Translations under genes and position numbers: made by a program
Notes under the pieces: generated by a model
Told to the model about the DNA's origin: nothing
The model's database searches: none
Seen by the model: the letters and a program-made list of their open reading frames with translations, nothing else
Shown here: piece after piece, positions 30,378-40,029 of the stretch
Layout: each line of letters opens with the position of its first letter
How positions within the stretch are numbered: position 1 is the first letter of the stretch
Assembly: GCA_031264105.1 (NCBI GenBank)
Contig: JAISEM010000023.1
Location: 8,547-72,546, forward strand
Length of the DNA: 64,000 nucleotides
Direction of reading: 5' to 3'
Source of the DNA: Endomicrobium sp.
GTDB lineage: Bacteria > Elusimicrobiota > Endomicrobiia > Endomicrobiales > Endomicrobiaceae

Positions 30378-30797
30378 GTGATTAAGATTATTGTAATCGC
30401 TCACTGCAGTTTAGCTAGAGAACTTGTAAAATCTGTCCAGGCTATATCTGGCAAACAGTCTAATTTATATTCTATAGAGCAAGATTTAAACGATAGCTTG
30501 GAAGAGATGAAGCTTCGTATAGAAACTGCTCTAAAAGATATAGATAATAAAGATGGAGTTTTGCTTCTTGTAGATATGTTTGGAGGAACTCCATGCAATG
30601 CGTCAGCTCATCACATTTGTACCGATTTAAAAGTTGAAATTATTTCTGGTGTAAATCTTCCTATGATTATTTCTGCAGTAATATTTAGTCAAACAGATAT
30701 AAGTTTATCAGAGCTAGCCAATAAAGTGCTTGATAGAGGACAAAAAAGCATAATAAATATAAGGAACACGTTGCGTAACCACCAAAGCGCTAATTAA
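30378..30797 (+). CDS. PTS mannose-family EIIA
   Basis: IVIAH (phospho-His), VDMFGGTPCN, SGVNLPM. Confidence 0.9.
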   Translation: MIKIIVIAHCSLARELVKSVQAISGKQSNLYSIEQDLNDSLEEMKLRIETALKDIDNKDGVLLLVDMFGGTPCNASAHHICTDLKVEIISGVNLPMIISAVIFSQTDISLSELANKVLDRGQKSIINIRNTLRNHQSAN

Positions 30798-30811
30798 TAG
30801 GAGAAATGTAA

Positions 30812-31321
30812 ATGTCTATAGTTCTAGTTAGAATTGATGATAGGTTGGTGCATGGCCAAATAGTCCAAGGTTGGCTAAAAACAATTGATATCGATGCTGT
30901 TTTAGTTATTTCAGATTCAGCTGCAAAAGATAAAATGCAACAGACTCTAATGAAAATGGCTTTGCCGAATGCTATAAATCTTTATGTAAAAACTCTTAAA
31001 GATGCGACCACATCGCTTAAAAGTGGAGATTATGATAAAGAAAATATTATGATATTGGCAGTACATCCGTCAGACATTTTGTATATGATAAATGAAGGCG
31101 TAAAGATTACTTCTTTAAATATTGGAGGAATGCATTTTATAAATGGCAAAAAACAGCTGTTTAAGAATATATGTGTTGATAATGAAGATATTGAAAATCT
31201 ACATCGAATATATTCTAAAGGAGTTGAAGTAGAAAGTAGAGTACTTCCGTACGATGAGAAGTCAAATGTTATGAATTTATTAGAAAAAGAATACCACAAT
31301 ATTTGCGAGGCGAGTAAATGA
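30812..31321 (+). CDS. PTS mannose/sorbose-family EIIB
   Basis: RIDDRLVHGQIVQGW, LNIGGMH. Confidence 0.93.
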   Translation: MSIVLVRIDDRLVHGQIVQGWLKTIDIDAVLVISDSAAKDKMQQTLMKMALPNAINLYVKTLKDATTSLKSGDYDKENIMILAVHPSDILYMINEGVKITSLNIGGMHFINGKKQLFKNICVDNEDIENLHRIYSKGVEVESRVLPYDEKSNVMNLLEKEYHNICEASK

Positions 31322-32759
31322 GCAAAGTTAAATTTATTTTTTGCACGCATAATCATCAGCCTATAGGTAATTTTGGTTGGGTTTTTGAAAAAGCCTATCG
31401 CAGTGCGTATAAACCTTTTATGGACATTATGTTAAATCATCCTAAAATAAAATGGAATATGCATGCTAGTGGAATGCTTTGGGAATATTTTGAAAAGGAA
31501 CATCCTGATTATATAAAAAATGTGAAAAAACTTGTAGATATTGGAAACCTTGAAATATTGTTTGGAGGATACTATGAACCATTAATGGCTTCAATCCCAG
31601 ATAGAGACAAATTTGCCCAGATAGCTAAACTTAATAAATACATAAAAAAATGCTTTATGTAAGCGAGAAAATTGAAAAATGTCTAGAACATAAAAAACGA
31701 CATAATCAAAAAGTTTCTAATGATTTGTACGCTGGTCAATGCAATTGCGCTTATTGGCATGGAGTTTTTGGAGGTTTGTACCTGCCGCATTTAAGAAATG
31801 CCATTTATAAAATGTTGCTAAAGGCAGAAGAATTTTACAGTAAAACCATGCTAAAAAAAGCGACTTGGAATGTTTTTGATTTTAATTGCGATTCCCACGA
31901 TGAATGTTTGTATGAAAGCAAGACGCAAAATATCTATATATCTCCTTCAAATGGCGGCTCAATCTTTGAGTGGGATATTTTTGAATTTCATCATAACTTA
32001 CTTGATGTTTTGACAAGGAGATACGAATCATATCATAATAAACTTAAAGATAATGTAGGAAAAGCAGTTCTTACAAATGATGCCTATTCGCAAGCCCATA
32101 CCATACATGACGATTTGATAAGCGTAAAAGAAATATGGCTTGATAAATATTTGGTTTATGATAAATATAAAAGAGCGTCATTAATAGATCATTTTTTCTC
32201 AAACAACGTGAAGTATGAAGAATGTGTGTTTGGAAATTACGAAGAGAAAGGTGATTTTTTTGCTGGAGAATACGAACATCAGATAAAACATAACAGAAAA
32301 TTCCTAAAAAATAATTTTATATTAAGTCTTTGCAGGTATGGGAAAGTTGACTGGGAGGACGTTAAGATTACAAAAGAAGTTGTTCCTTTTCTAAACGGAT
32401 ATAGTGTTAAGTATGAAATAAAAAATAATTCAAATGAAGATTTAGATATTTGCTTTGCTCCCGAACAGATTTTTGCTTTTACATCAAAAAGTGGAGATGA
32501 TTCTTCAGTACTGAAAAACGTTGACGAGTGGAAGAGATACGACAGCTATTTAAATATGGAAGTAAAAATTAAATTTTCTCAAAAAAACGAAATTTTTATG
32601 TACCCAGTTGAAACTGTTTCAAATTCAGATAATGGATTTGAGAAAACTTATCAGGGAACTGTAGTGCTTCCTATTGTAAAATGTTTAGTTAACCCAAATG
32701 AAGTTAAAGAGTTTTCCTTTATTACAAGTGTACATTTTAAGAAACAAAAGGAACTATAA
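31318..32759 (+). pseudogene. GH57 alpha-amylase/4-alpha-glucanotransferase with large internal deletion and frameshift
   Basis: N-terminal HNHQPIGN and GGYYEP are joined directly to KMLYVS..QCNCAYWHGVFGGLYLPHLR and a DUF1926-type C-terminus (ETVSNSDNGFEKTYQGT); the ERVW and DGEKFG catalytic segments are absent. Confidence 0.88.
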
Positions 32760-32762
32760 ACT

Positions 32763-33401
32763 GTGGGTATTTTTCTTATTTCTCTTATTGGTACTTTATG
32801 CAGTACAGACATAACGGCTTTTGGACAGTTTATGATTTATCGTCCGATATTTTGTACTCCTATTATAGGCTTTTTGGCAGGGGATGTAATTACTGGTCTT
32901 TGTATTGGGATTGTCGTAGAATTATTTTGGATAAGAGCTGTCCCTATGGGAGTTTCCGTTGTTGTTGATATATCAATGATAAGTATCCTATCTACTTTTT
33001 GGACATGTACTTATTTCCCAGGATTAAAAGACGCTGCGATTTTAGGACTACTATTGGCAATTCCTTTCGCGTATTTGTACAGGTTTATAGATATATTAGG
33101 AAGAGAATTAAACATTAAAATAATGCATTGGGTAGAATCAGGCATTAAAGATTCTAAAAATAGATATATAGAAATTGGCATTTGGTCAAGTCTAATTTTT
33201 TTTATATTAAGAGCTTTTTTGTTTTATTTGTTTTCTGTAACAGTAGGAAGCAGATTGTTTTGCGATATTTATGCAATGCTGCCTAGTTACGTTCTGTCGG
33301 GTTTGGCAAAAGCTTGGTACTTGCTTCCTGTAGCTGGTTTTGGTGTGGCTTATAACTTAAGTAATGTAAGATTATTATTTTTGAAGGATTTCGAGAAATG
33401 A
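32763..33401 (+). CDS. PTS mannose-family EIIC
   Basis: GQFMIYRPI..PIIG..GD...GL.IG..ELFW...PMG; multi-TM. Confidence 0.82.
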   Translation: MGIFLISLIGTLCSTDITAFGQFMIYRPIFCTPIIGFLAGDVITGLCIGIVVELFWIRAVPMGVSVVVDISMISILSTFWTCTYFPGLKDAAILGLLLAIPFAYLYRFIDILGRELNIKIMHWVESGIKDSKNRYIEIGIWSSLIFFILRAFLFYLFSVTVGSRLFCDIYAMLPSYVLSGLAKAWYLLPVAGFGVAYNLSNVRLLFLKDFEK

Positions 33402-34186
33402 TTAAATTGTATGCTAGGCTTTTCATAAGAAGTTTTTTCCTACAATCATTATGGAATTATGAGCGAATGCAAAACATAGGTTTTGTTTTCATATTAAAGC
33501 CGTTTTTTGACAAAATTTATACAGTACAAGAAAGGAAAAAGGACGCTCTCTTAAGACATATTTCATATTTCAATACTCAGCCTTATATGGTTGGTATAAT
33601 AGTAGGTGAAGTCGTTGATATGGAAAGTAAGATATTAAAAACAGATGACGTAAACAAACAAGACGAAATAATACGCGATATGAATAGGTTTAAGAACAAT
33701 ATGGCAGGCCCTCTTGCAGCTATAGGAGACTCTTTTTTTTATGGAGAGATTAGACCCATGTTATCTTTTTTGAGTATATTTATAATGGCTGTGTTTGCAA
33801 ATAGGCGACCTGATTATGTTATTTTAGCTCCAATTGTTTTTATAACTCTTTACAATTTAATACATTTAAGTACAAGAATTTGTTTTATGTACGAAGGTTT
33901 TAAATATGCTGGTAAAAGTATGAAGATATTAGTCCATTTCAAATCAATTTCTAATAATGTTCGTTTTTGTGTTTTCATTTTGGCTTTAGCAGCGCTCTCT
34001 TTATACTTATCTGTTTTCAGTTTCAGCAATGAAGGTAGATTGTTCAATTCAGGATATGATGATTTCTTTGTATATTTTGCAGTTTTTTTATTTTCGTTTT
34101 TTTCGGCAAGCAGATTCGGATCTTTAGTCTCTATGTTTTCTGTTGTTACCGCATGTATAATCCTGTCTATTTTAGGGATAAAATAA
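33398..34186 (+). CDS. PTS mannose-family EIID
   Basis: WNYERMQNIGF, RHISYFNTQP, MAGPLAAIGDS. Confidence 0.92.
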   Translation: MIKLYARLFIRSFFLQSLWNYERMQNIGFVFILKPFFDKIYTVQERKKDALLRHISYFNTQPYMVGIIVGEVVDMESKILKTDDVNKQDEIIRDMNRFKNNMAGPLAAIGDSFFYGEIRPMLSFLSIFIMAVFANRRPDYVILAPIVFITLYNLIHLSTRICFMYEGFKYAGKSMKILVHFKSISNNVRFCVFILALAALSLYLSVFSFSNEGRLFNSGYDDFFVYFAVFLFSFFSASRFGSLVSMFSVVTACIILSILGIK

Positions 34187-34449
34187 TGAAAGAAAAAGTT
34201 ATTATTGTTTTAAATAAAAATGGACTGCACGCAAGACCTGCCGCAGATCTTGTTCAGGCTCTAAGTAAATATCAATCGGGTATTAAAATTTTAAAAGATA
34301 ATTTTGAAGTTGATGCTAAGAGTATTATGGGAGTTATGGCATTAGCAGCGTCTTTTGGCAGCGAATTAAAATTTATCGCTGATGGATCTGATGAATCTGA
34401 AGCTATTAATGCTATAGAAAAATTATTTAGTTCAAAATTTGGCGAATAG
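34186..34449 (+). CDS. ptsH: Phosphocarrier protein HPr
   Basis: NKNGLHARPA (His15), DAKSIMGVM (Ser46). Confidence 0.95.
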   Translation: MKEKVIIVLNKNGLHARPAADLVQALSKYQSGIKILKDNFEVDAKSIMGVMALAASFGSELKFIADGSDESEAINAIEKLFSSKFGE

Positions 34450-34457
34450 GGGTACGC

Positions 34458-36203
34458 ATGTTCGTTGATAGAGATATGGTATTAAAAGGAGTTGCTGCTT
34501 CTTCCGGAATTGCTATAGGAAGAGTTTTTCTTCTTGAAGAAGAAGACTTTTGTTTTATACGAAAAGAAATTCCAAAAGCTTTTAGAAAAGCAGAAAAAAA
34601 TCGTTTTGACAAGGCTATAGAAAAAACTAGAAACGAATTTAATGCTACATACAATAAAATTAACGATGTACTCGGAGAGAACTACGCTCATATAGCCGAT
34701 GTTCATCTTTTGATTCTAGATGACCCGGCTTTTAAAAAAGATGTTTACAATCTTATTGCCGATGGCGTTAATGCTGAATATGCTCTTTTTAGAGTTCTTG
34801 ATAAGATTGTTCGCTCTTTTGAAACTATAAGTGACAGTTTTTTTAAGGAAAGAAGAATTGATATAGAAGATGTAGGCAAGAAAATTCTTATAAATCTCTT
34901 TGGCAAAAAAGAAAAAAATCTTACTAAATTAGATGAAGATTCCGTTATTGTCGCACATAATTTGACCCCTGCAGATACTATATCAGTCAGAGAAAAAAAG
35001 ATTGCAGGCTTTGCTACAGATATTGGAGGAAAAACTTCTCATACGGCAATCATTGCGCAGGGTCTTGCAATACCTGCAGTGGTAGGACTCAAAAACATAT
35101 CTTCATTAGTTAAAACTGGTGGAACTATAATAGTTGATGGGGATAAAGGTGAAGTTATATTAAATCCTTCCCCGGCAACATTAATGAAATATAAGACAGA
35201 GCATGATGTACAGTTGACAAAAGCGAAAGAATTAGAAGGATTTAGAGACCTGACGTCAGAGACCACTGATAAGCATAAAATTTCTATTCTTGCAAACATT
35301 GAATATCCAGAAGAAGTGCCTGTTATTTTAAATAATGGAGCTTCGGGAATTGGCCTATATAGGACAGAAATAATATATTTCAACCGCGACTCTATTCCTA
35401 CAGAACAGGAGCATTTTGATATATACTCTAAAGTAGTAAAACAAATATCTCCTTATGCTGTTACAATAAGAACGTTTGACTTGGGCGGAGATAAACTGAC
35501 TAAAATGGGGTTATTAAATATTGGAAGCGAATCTAATCCGTTTCTGGGGTTGAGATCTATAAGACTATGTCTTAAACATCCAGAAATATTTATAAGTCAA
35601 TTAAGAGCTATCCTAAGAGTTTCTGTTTTAGGAAAAGTAAAATTGATGTATCCAATGATTTCAGGTCTTAACGAATTAAGAGACGCAAATGCTATCCTTG
35701 ATAAAGTTAAGGAAGATTTAAAAAAAGAAAATATAAAGTTTGATGAAAGCATGGAAGTTGGAACTATGATAGAAATTCCATCGGCTGTTGCAGTTATTGA
35801 CGCTATTGCAAAAGAAGTAGATTTTGTATCAATAGGAACAAATGATTTGATACAATATACGCTCGCAGTTGATAGAGTCAATGAGAATGTTGCGTATTTA
35901 TATGATCCTATGAACCCTGCAATTTTGAGATTTATAAAACGTATCATTGATGAAGGGCATAAAGCTGGAATAAAAGTTGCAATGTGTGGCGAAATGGCAG
36001 GAGAATCTAAATATACTCCGCTTATTTTAGGTATGGGCCTTGATGAATTTAGTGTTTCGCCACCTCAAATTGCGACTCTTAAAAAAATAGTAAGAAATGT
36101 ATCTTTTTGCGACTGCAAAACTATGGCGGATAAAGCTTTAACGTTGGAAGACAGCGAATCAATTTTGAAAGAAATTGATGCTTTTATGAAACAAGAGGGA
36201 TAA
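34458..36203 (+). CDS. ptsI: PEP-protein phosphotransferase (Enzyme I)
   Basis: GGKTSHTAII, GIGLYRTE, RTFDLGGDK, SIGTNDLIQY, MCGEMAG. Confidence 0.96.
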   Translation: MFVDRDMVLKGVAASSGIAIGRVFLLEEEDFCFIRKEIPKAFRKAEKNRFDKAIEKTRNEFNATYNKINDVLGENYAHIADVHLLILDDPAFKKDVYNLIADGVNAEYALFRVLDKIVRSFETISDSFFKERRIDIEDVGKKILINLFGKKEKNLTKLDEDSVIVAHNLTPADTISVREKKIAGFATDIGGKTSHTAIIAQGLAIPAVVGLKNISSLVKTGGTIIVDGDKGEVILNPSPATLMKYKTEHDVQLTKAKELEGFRDLTSETTDKHKISILANIEYPEEVPVILNNGASGIGLYRTEIIYFNRDSIPTEQEHFDIYSKVVKQISPYAVTIRTFDLGGDKLTKMGLLNIGSESNPFLGLRSIRLCLKHPEIFISQLRAILRVSVLGKVKLMYPMISGLNELRDANAILDKVKEDLKKENIKFDESMEVGTMIEIPSAVAVIDAIAKEVDFVSIGTNDLIQYTLAVDRVNENVAYLYDPMNPAILRFIKRIIDEGHKAGIKVAMCGEMAGESKYTPLILGMGLDEFSVSPPQIATLKKIVRNVSFCDCKTMADKALTLEDSESILKEIDAFMKQEG

Positions 36204-36641
36204 ATGTTAAAAGAAACTTCGTGCGGGGCAGTGATTTACAAAATGCAAGAAGAGAGTCCTTTATTTTTACTTGTTAATTCAAAAAGAAATGATAGATGGG
36301 GCTTCCCAAAGGGTCATGTTGAAAATGGAGAAAGCGAGATAGAAACGGCCAAACGTGAAATTTTTGAAGAGACGGGAATAAAAAAGATAGAATTTATTGA
36401 AAATTTCAGACAAGAAGAAGTCTATTTAATTAATGGTTCTACAAATAAAACAAAAGGAAATTTAGTTGAGAAACATTCAATTTATTTTCTTGCTTTAGCT
36501 TTAGAAGATGCTTTAAGCTTTGATGAGAATGAAATATCAAAACTAAAATGGGTAGATATAAAAAAAGCTCAAGAGCTTCTCTCTTTTGATTATCAAAAGA
36601 GAATTATAAAATTAGCTTACGATAAAGTTATTGGAGGATAG
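36204..36641 (+). CDS. NUDIX hydrolase (Ap4A hydrolase-like)
   Basis: SCGAVI..WGFPKGHVENGESEIETAKREIFEETG. Confidence 0.9.
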   Translation: MLKETSCGAVIYKMQEESPLFLLVNSKRNDRWGFPKGHVENGESEIETAKREIFEETGIKKIEFIENFRQEEVYLINGSTNKTKGNLVEKHSIYFLALALEDALSFDENEISKLKWVDIKKAQELLSFDYQKRIIKLAYDKVIGG

Positions 36642-36643
36642 TT

Positions 36644-37354
36644 ATGAGTAACCCGCTTTTAAAAGACAGCGTTTTTCAAACGCCTGTTAGAAGTACGGAT
36701 GTCATGACAGTTTCTGGGACTATAAACAAAAGTATGATTTTGTGGGTTTTGCTTGCAGCAGGCGCATTTTATTCTTGGACTCGCCCAACAGTTATAATGC
36801 CATTGTTGCTTCCTATACTGCTTGGTGCTTTTGTTTTGGCTATAATTTCATCTTTTAAAATGAATTTATCACCGGTTTTATCTCCAATTTATGCCATTTG
36901 CGAAGGGCTTGTACTAGGAGTTGTTTCAGTTTATTTTGAAAAATCTTATCCGGGTATTGTTGTAAATGCTGTACTTTTAACAATGTGTGTTCTTTTTTGT
37001 ATGCTTGCTTGCTATAAAACAGGCATGCTTAGAGCTACTCCAAGATTTAAAAAAGTCGTTATACTTTCAACCCTTGCCATAGCTTTAGTATATTTAATTG
37101 ATTCGCTAATGGGGGTTTTTGGTGCAAGAGGTTTTAATTTTTTAGGAGATTCTTCGGGACTTGGAATAATAATTAGTCTTGTAATAGTTGCCGTAGCTGC
37201 TTTGAATTTAATAATAGATTTTGATTTAATTGAAGGTGGAGCGCGACAAGTCGCGCCTAAATATATGGAATGGTACAGTTCTTTTGCTTTAATGGTAACG
37301 CTTGTATGGCTTTATCTTGAAATATTAAGACTTCTTTCCAAAACGAGAAATTAA
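36644..37354 (+). CDS. Bax inhibitor-1/YccA family membrane protein
   Basis: MSNP..MTVSGTINK, LIIDFDLIE, EWY..LMVTLVWLYLEILRLL. Confidence 0.9.
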   Translation: MSNPLLKDSVFQTPVRSTDVMTVSGTINKSMILWVLLAAGAFYSWTRPTVIMPLLLPILLGAFVLAIISSFKMNLSPVLSPIYAICEGLVLGVVSVYFEKSYPGIVVNAVLLTMCVLFCMLACYKTGMLRATPRFKKVVILSTLAIALVYLIDSLMGVFGARGFNFLGDSSGLGIIISLVIVAVAALNLIIDFDLIEGGARQVAPKYMEWYSSFALMVTLVWLYLEILRLLSKTRN

Positions 37355-37357
37355 GCA

Positions 37358-37939
37358 ATGCTTGAAAAGACAATTTTTTTTAGAGCGCAATCAAATGCAA
37401 AATTGCTTCCGCAAAGTTCGGCAGAAGTTATTTTGTCAGGGCGTTCCAATGTTGGCAAAAGCAGTGTTATAAATGCTTTGTGTGCTCAAAGAAATTTGGC
37501 AAGAACATCAAAAACTCCAGGTCGCACAAGAAGTATTAATGTTTACAGCGTTGTTATGAAGAAATGGATAATAGACTTGCCTGGTTACGGATTTGCAAGG
37601 GTAAGTCCGCAGGAAAAAGAACTCTGGAACAGAATGATAGAAGATTGCATAATCTTTAGGAAAAGCAAAAAAATAGTTTATATAATTGTTGATGCTTTTG
37701 TTGGACCTACGGAATTAGATTTTAATATGGCAGACTGGCTAAATGAACACAATATTCATTTTAAAGTAATTGCCAATAAGTGTGACAAACTGCCTAGCGA
37801 TATTTCGCAAGACGAAATACAAGGTAAAATTGCGCAATATTTTGGTATAGATAAATCTGATACATTTGTTGTAAGCGCAAAAAACAAGCAGCGTTTTGAC
37901 AAACTTAAAACAGACATCGTGAAATTTCTAAATTGTTAG
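37358..37939 (+). CDS. engB: Ribosome biogenesis GTPase YihA/YsxC
   Basis: GRSNVGKSSVIN, SKTPGRT, DLPGYG, NKCDK. Confidence 0.94.
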   Translation: MLEKTIFFRAQSNAKLLPQSSAEVILSGRSNVGKSSVINALCAQRNLARTSKTPGRTRSINVYSVVMKKWIIDLPGYGFARVSPQEKELWNRMIEDCIIFRKSKKIVYIIVDAFVGPTELDFNMADWLNEHNIHFKVIANKCDKLPSDISQDEIQGKIAQYFGIDKSDTFVVSAKNKQRFDKLKTDIVKFLNC

Positions 37940-37975
37940 GGTGCGGTTAGCGTACCGCAAAACTAAGGGGGATTC

Positions 37976-38522
37976 ATGAAAAAACTATTGTTATCGTTTT
38001 GTTTACTGTGCGCGTTTGCCGCTGTGTCATTTGCAGAAACTCCAATTAAGTTGTCCTTGTGGGAGAAAATTGCCATACCCAATGACGATTCTGTATGCGG
38101 TTTAGAAATAGGGCTAGGAACTTATATGAATAGACTGGTAGGTGTGAGGGAATATTGTTTATTCCAGAATTGATGATGCAAAAGCCTGGCAAACGGGGAT
38201 AGTAACAATATCAAAGCAGTTTCTCGGACTTCAAACAGGACTTCTTGCTTTGCCAGAAAACTTTAAAGGTGTTTCTTTTGGTTTTGCAAATTGGAATAAA
38301 GAAAGCTTTACTGGGGTTTCGTTTGCTGCACTAGCAAGCTGGAATGAAGGCGATGTTACAGAAATTCAATTTTGATTTCTAAACATAGCAAAATCAGTAA
38401 GTGGTCTTCAATTTGGTTTCATAAATATAACTGAAAATATGAATGGAATACAGATAGGCCTTGTAAATTTTATTAAGACAGGAAAACTCCCTGTTATGAT
38501 TATTGCCAACGCAAAGTTCTAG
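37976..38522 (+). pseudogene. LA_2272-like surface repeat protein, disrupted
   Basis: Signal peptide, G(L/V/I)Q(F/I/T)GxxN repeats, terminal ..IIANAKF*; frameshift near 38147 and in-frame TGA near 38372. Confidence 0.75.
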
Positions 38523-38541
38523 TTTTAAAATATATAATTGT

Positions 38542-38578
38542 TTGCGGAGAAGTCTTTCTGACTTCTCCGCAATTTTTT
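38542..38578 (+). terminator. Intrinsic terminator
   Basis: TTGCGGAGAAGTC-tttct-GACTTCTCCGCAA followed by TTTTTT. Confidence 0.85.
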
Positions 38579-38589
38579 AGAGAAATTTG

Positions 38590-39345
38590 ATGAAAATAGT
38601 TTCGTGGAATATAAACGGTATAAGAGCAATATATAAAAAGAATTTCTTTGATTGGTTTAAAAATGAAAAAGCCAATATAGTTTGTGTTCAGGAGACTAAA
38701 GCTCATGAAATACAGTTTCCAAAAGAATTGAAGGAAATTGATAGATATAATTTATATTGCTCTTCAGGTGAAAAAAAAGGTTATAGCGGTGTAGCTGTAT
38801 GGTCAAAAATTGAACCTGAAAGCATAAGTACAAGTATTGAAAATAAACTTTTTGATAACGAAGGAAGAATACTAATACTCGACTTTAAAGACTTTATGCT
38901 TTTCAATATTTACTTTCCAAATGGTGGCGCTTCACAAGAACGCCTAAACTATAAAATAGAATTCTATGATTACTTTATTGAATATCTTAAAAAGTTTAAA
39001 GATAAAAGAGTAATTATTTGTGGAGACTATAATACTGCTCATTATCCAATTGACTTGGCAAGAGCCTCTCAAAACGAAAAAACCTCTGGCTTTATGCCCA
39101 AAGAAAGAGAAAGGCTTGATAAGCTTGTAGACGCAGGTTTTATAGATACATTTAGACGCTTTAATAAAGAGCCAAACAATTATACTTGGTGGGATTATAA
39201 AACTGCTGCAAGGTCAAGAAACGTAGGTTGGAGAATAGACTATTTTTTTATTTCAAAAAATGCATTAAAAAATCTTAAATCTGCCGAAATTGAAAGTTCA
39301 GTATTAGGTTCGGATCATTGTCCTATATCAATCAGTATTTTCTAA
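38590..39345 (+). CDS. xth: Exodeoxyribonuclease III
   Basis: SWNINGIRA, QETK, KGYSGVA, EGR, GDYNTAH, YTWW, GWRIDY, SDHCP. Confidence 0.96.
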   Translation: MKIVSWNINGIRAIYKKNFFDWFKNEKANIVCVQETKAHEIQFPKELKEIDRYNLYCSSGEKKGYSGVAVWSKIEPESISTSIENKLFDNEGRILILDFKDFMLFNIYFPNGGASQERLNYKIEFYDYFIEYLKKFKDKRVIICGDYNTAHYPIDLARASQNEKTSGFMPKERERLDKLVDAGFIDTFRRFNKEPNNYTWWDYKTAARSRNVGWRIDYFFISKNALKNLKSAEIESSVLGSDHCPISISIF

Positions 39346-39371
39346 CCATTAAATTTTAAGTTCTCTAGGAT

Positions 39372-39985
39372 TTATTTTGTTATCGCAAACTTTTGTTTAT
39401 GCATTCCTTCATTTGTGTCAACTGTAAGAAAGTATATGCATGGCGCTATTGTATTGGCGTCTTGATTTTTAAAATCCCATTAAATAAATGTCCTGTCATT
39501 TAACGTTTTAAAATCAGACATAGAAAGAGATTTAACGAAGTCGCCAGTGACAGCATATACATAAGCGTTAATCACAGAAATGTTTGGGCCAAAGTTGCCT
39601 AGCTCCTCTTCCATGCACTTTATTAGGGTAACCTGGCAAGGGGGGGATATACATGGTTTACATGGAAGTCCTGTTTGGCATTATCAATATCGTCAAGATA
39701 ATGTGCATCTTTACTTAAAACTACAGCAAAGCAGCCCACAAAATTGGCGCTGTTGGAGAAGTTGTATTATCATAAGCTTGAACTGATAAGTCGGGCTTTA
39801 TGTACTCATGTATAACTCTGTCTGGCAATATATCTCCTGTCCATTGCAGTAGTCGTTATATGACATTGTTTTCTTCAAGTCTGTTCCAACCCGGCCAAGT
39901 AGAGTCTATTATAGCTACTTTTATATGTTGTCCTCAAAATCCTTGATCATGATAAGCTGTAACGTTTATTGTATCGTCATTTCAT
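39372..39985 (-). pseudogene. Heavily eroded S8 subtilase with C-terminal FlgD-Ig/T9SS-CTD-like domain
   Basis: Minus-strand fragments GF*GQHIKVAIIDS, IKPDLS, TTSPTAP, GYPNKVHGRG, then VYAVTGDFVKSL..WDFKNQDANTIAPCIYFLTV..KQKFAITK*. Confidence 0.65.
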
Positions 39986-40029
39986 ATGATAAGCAATTAG
40001 AATTTAAAAATAATAATAGAAATATTATT

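Noticed and set aside
39580-39786. 68-aa + strand ORF
   Set aside because: Antisense shadow of the minus-strand subtilase remnant.
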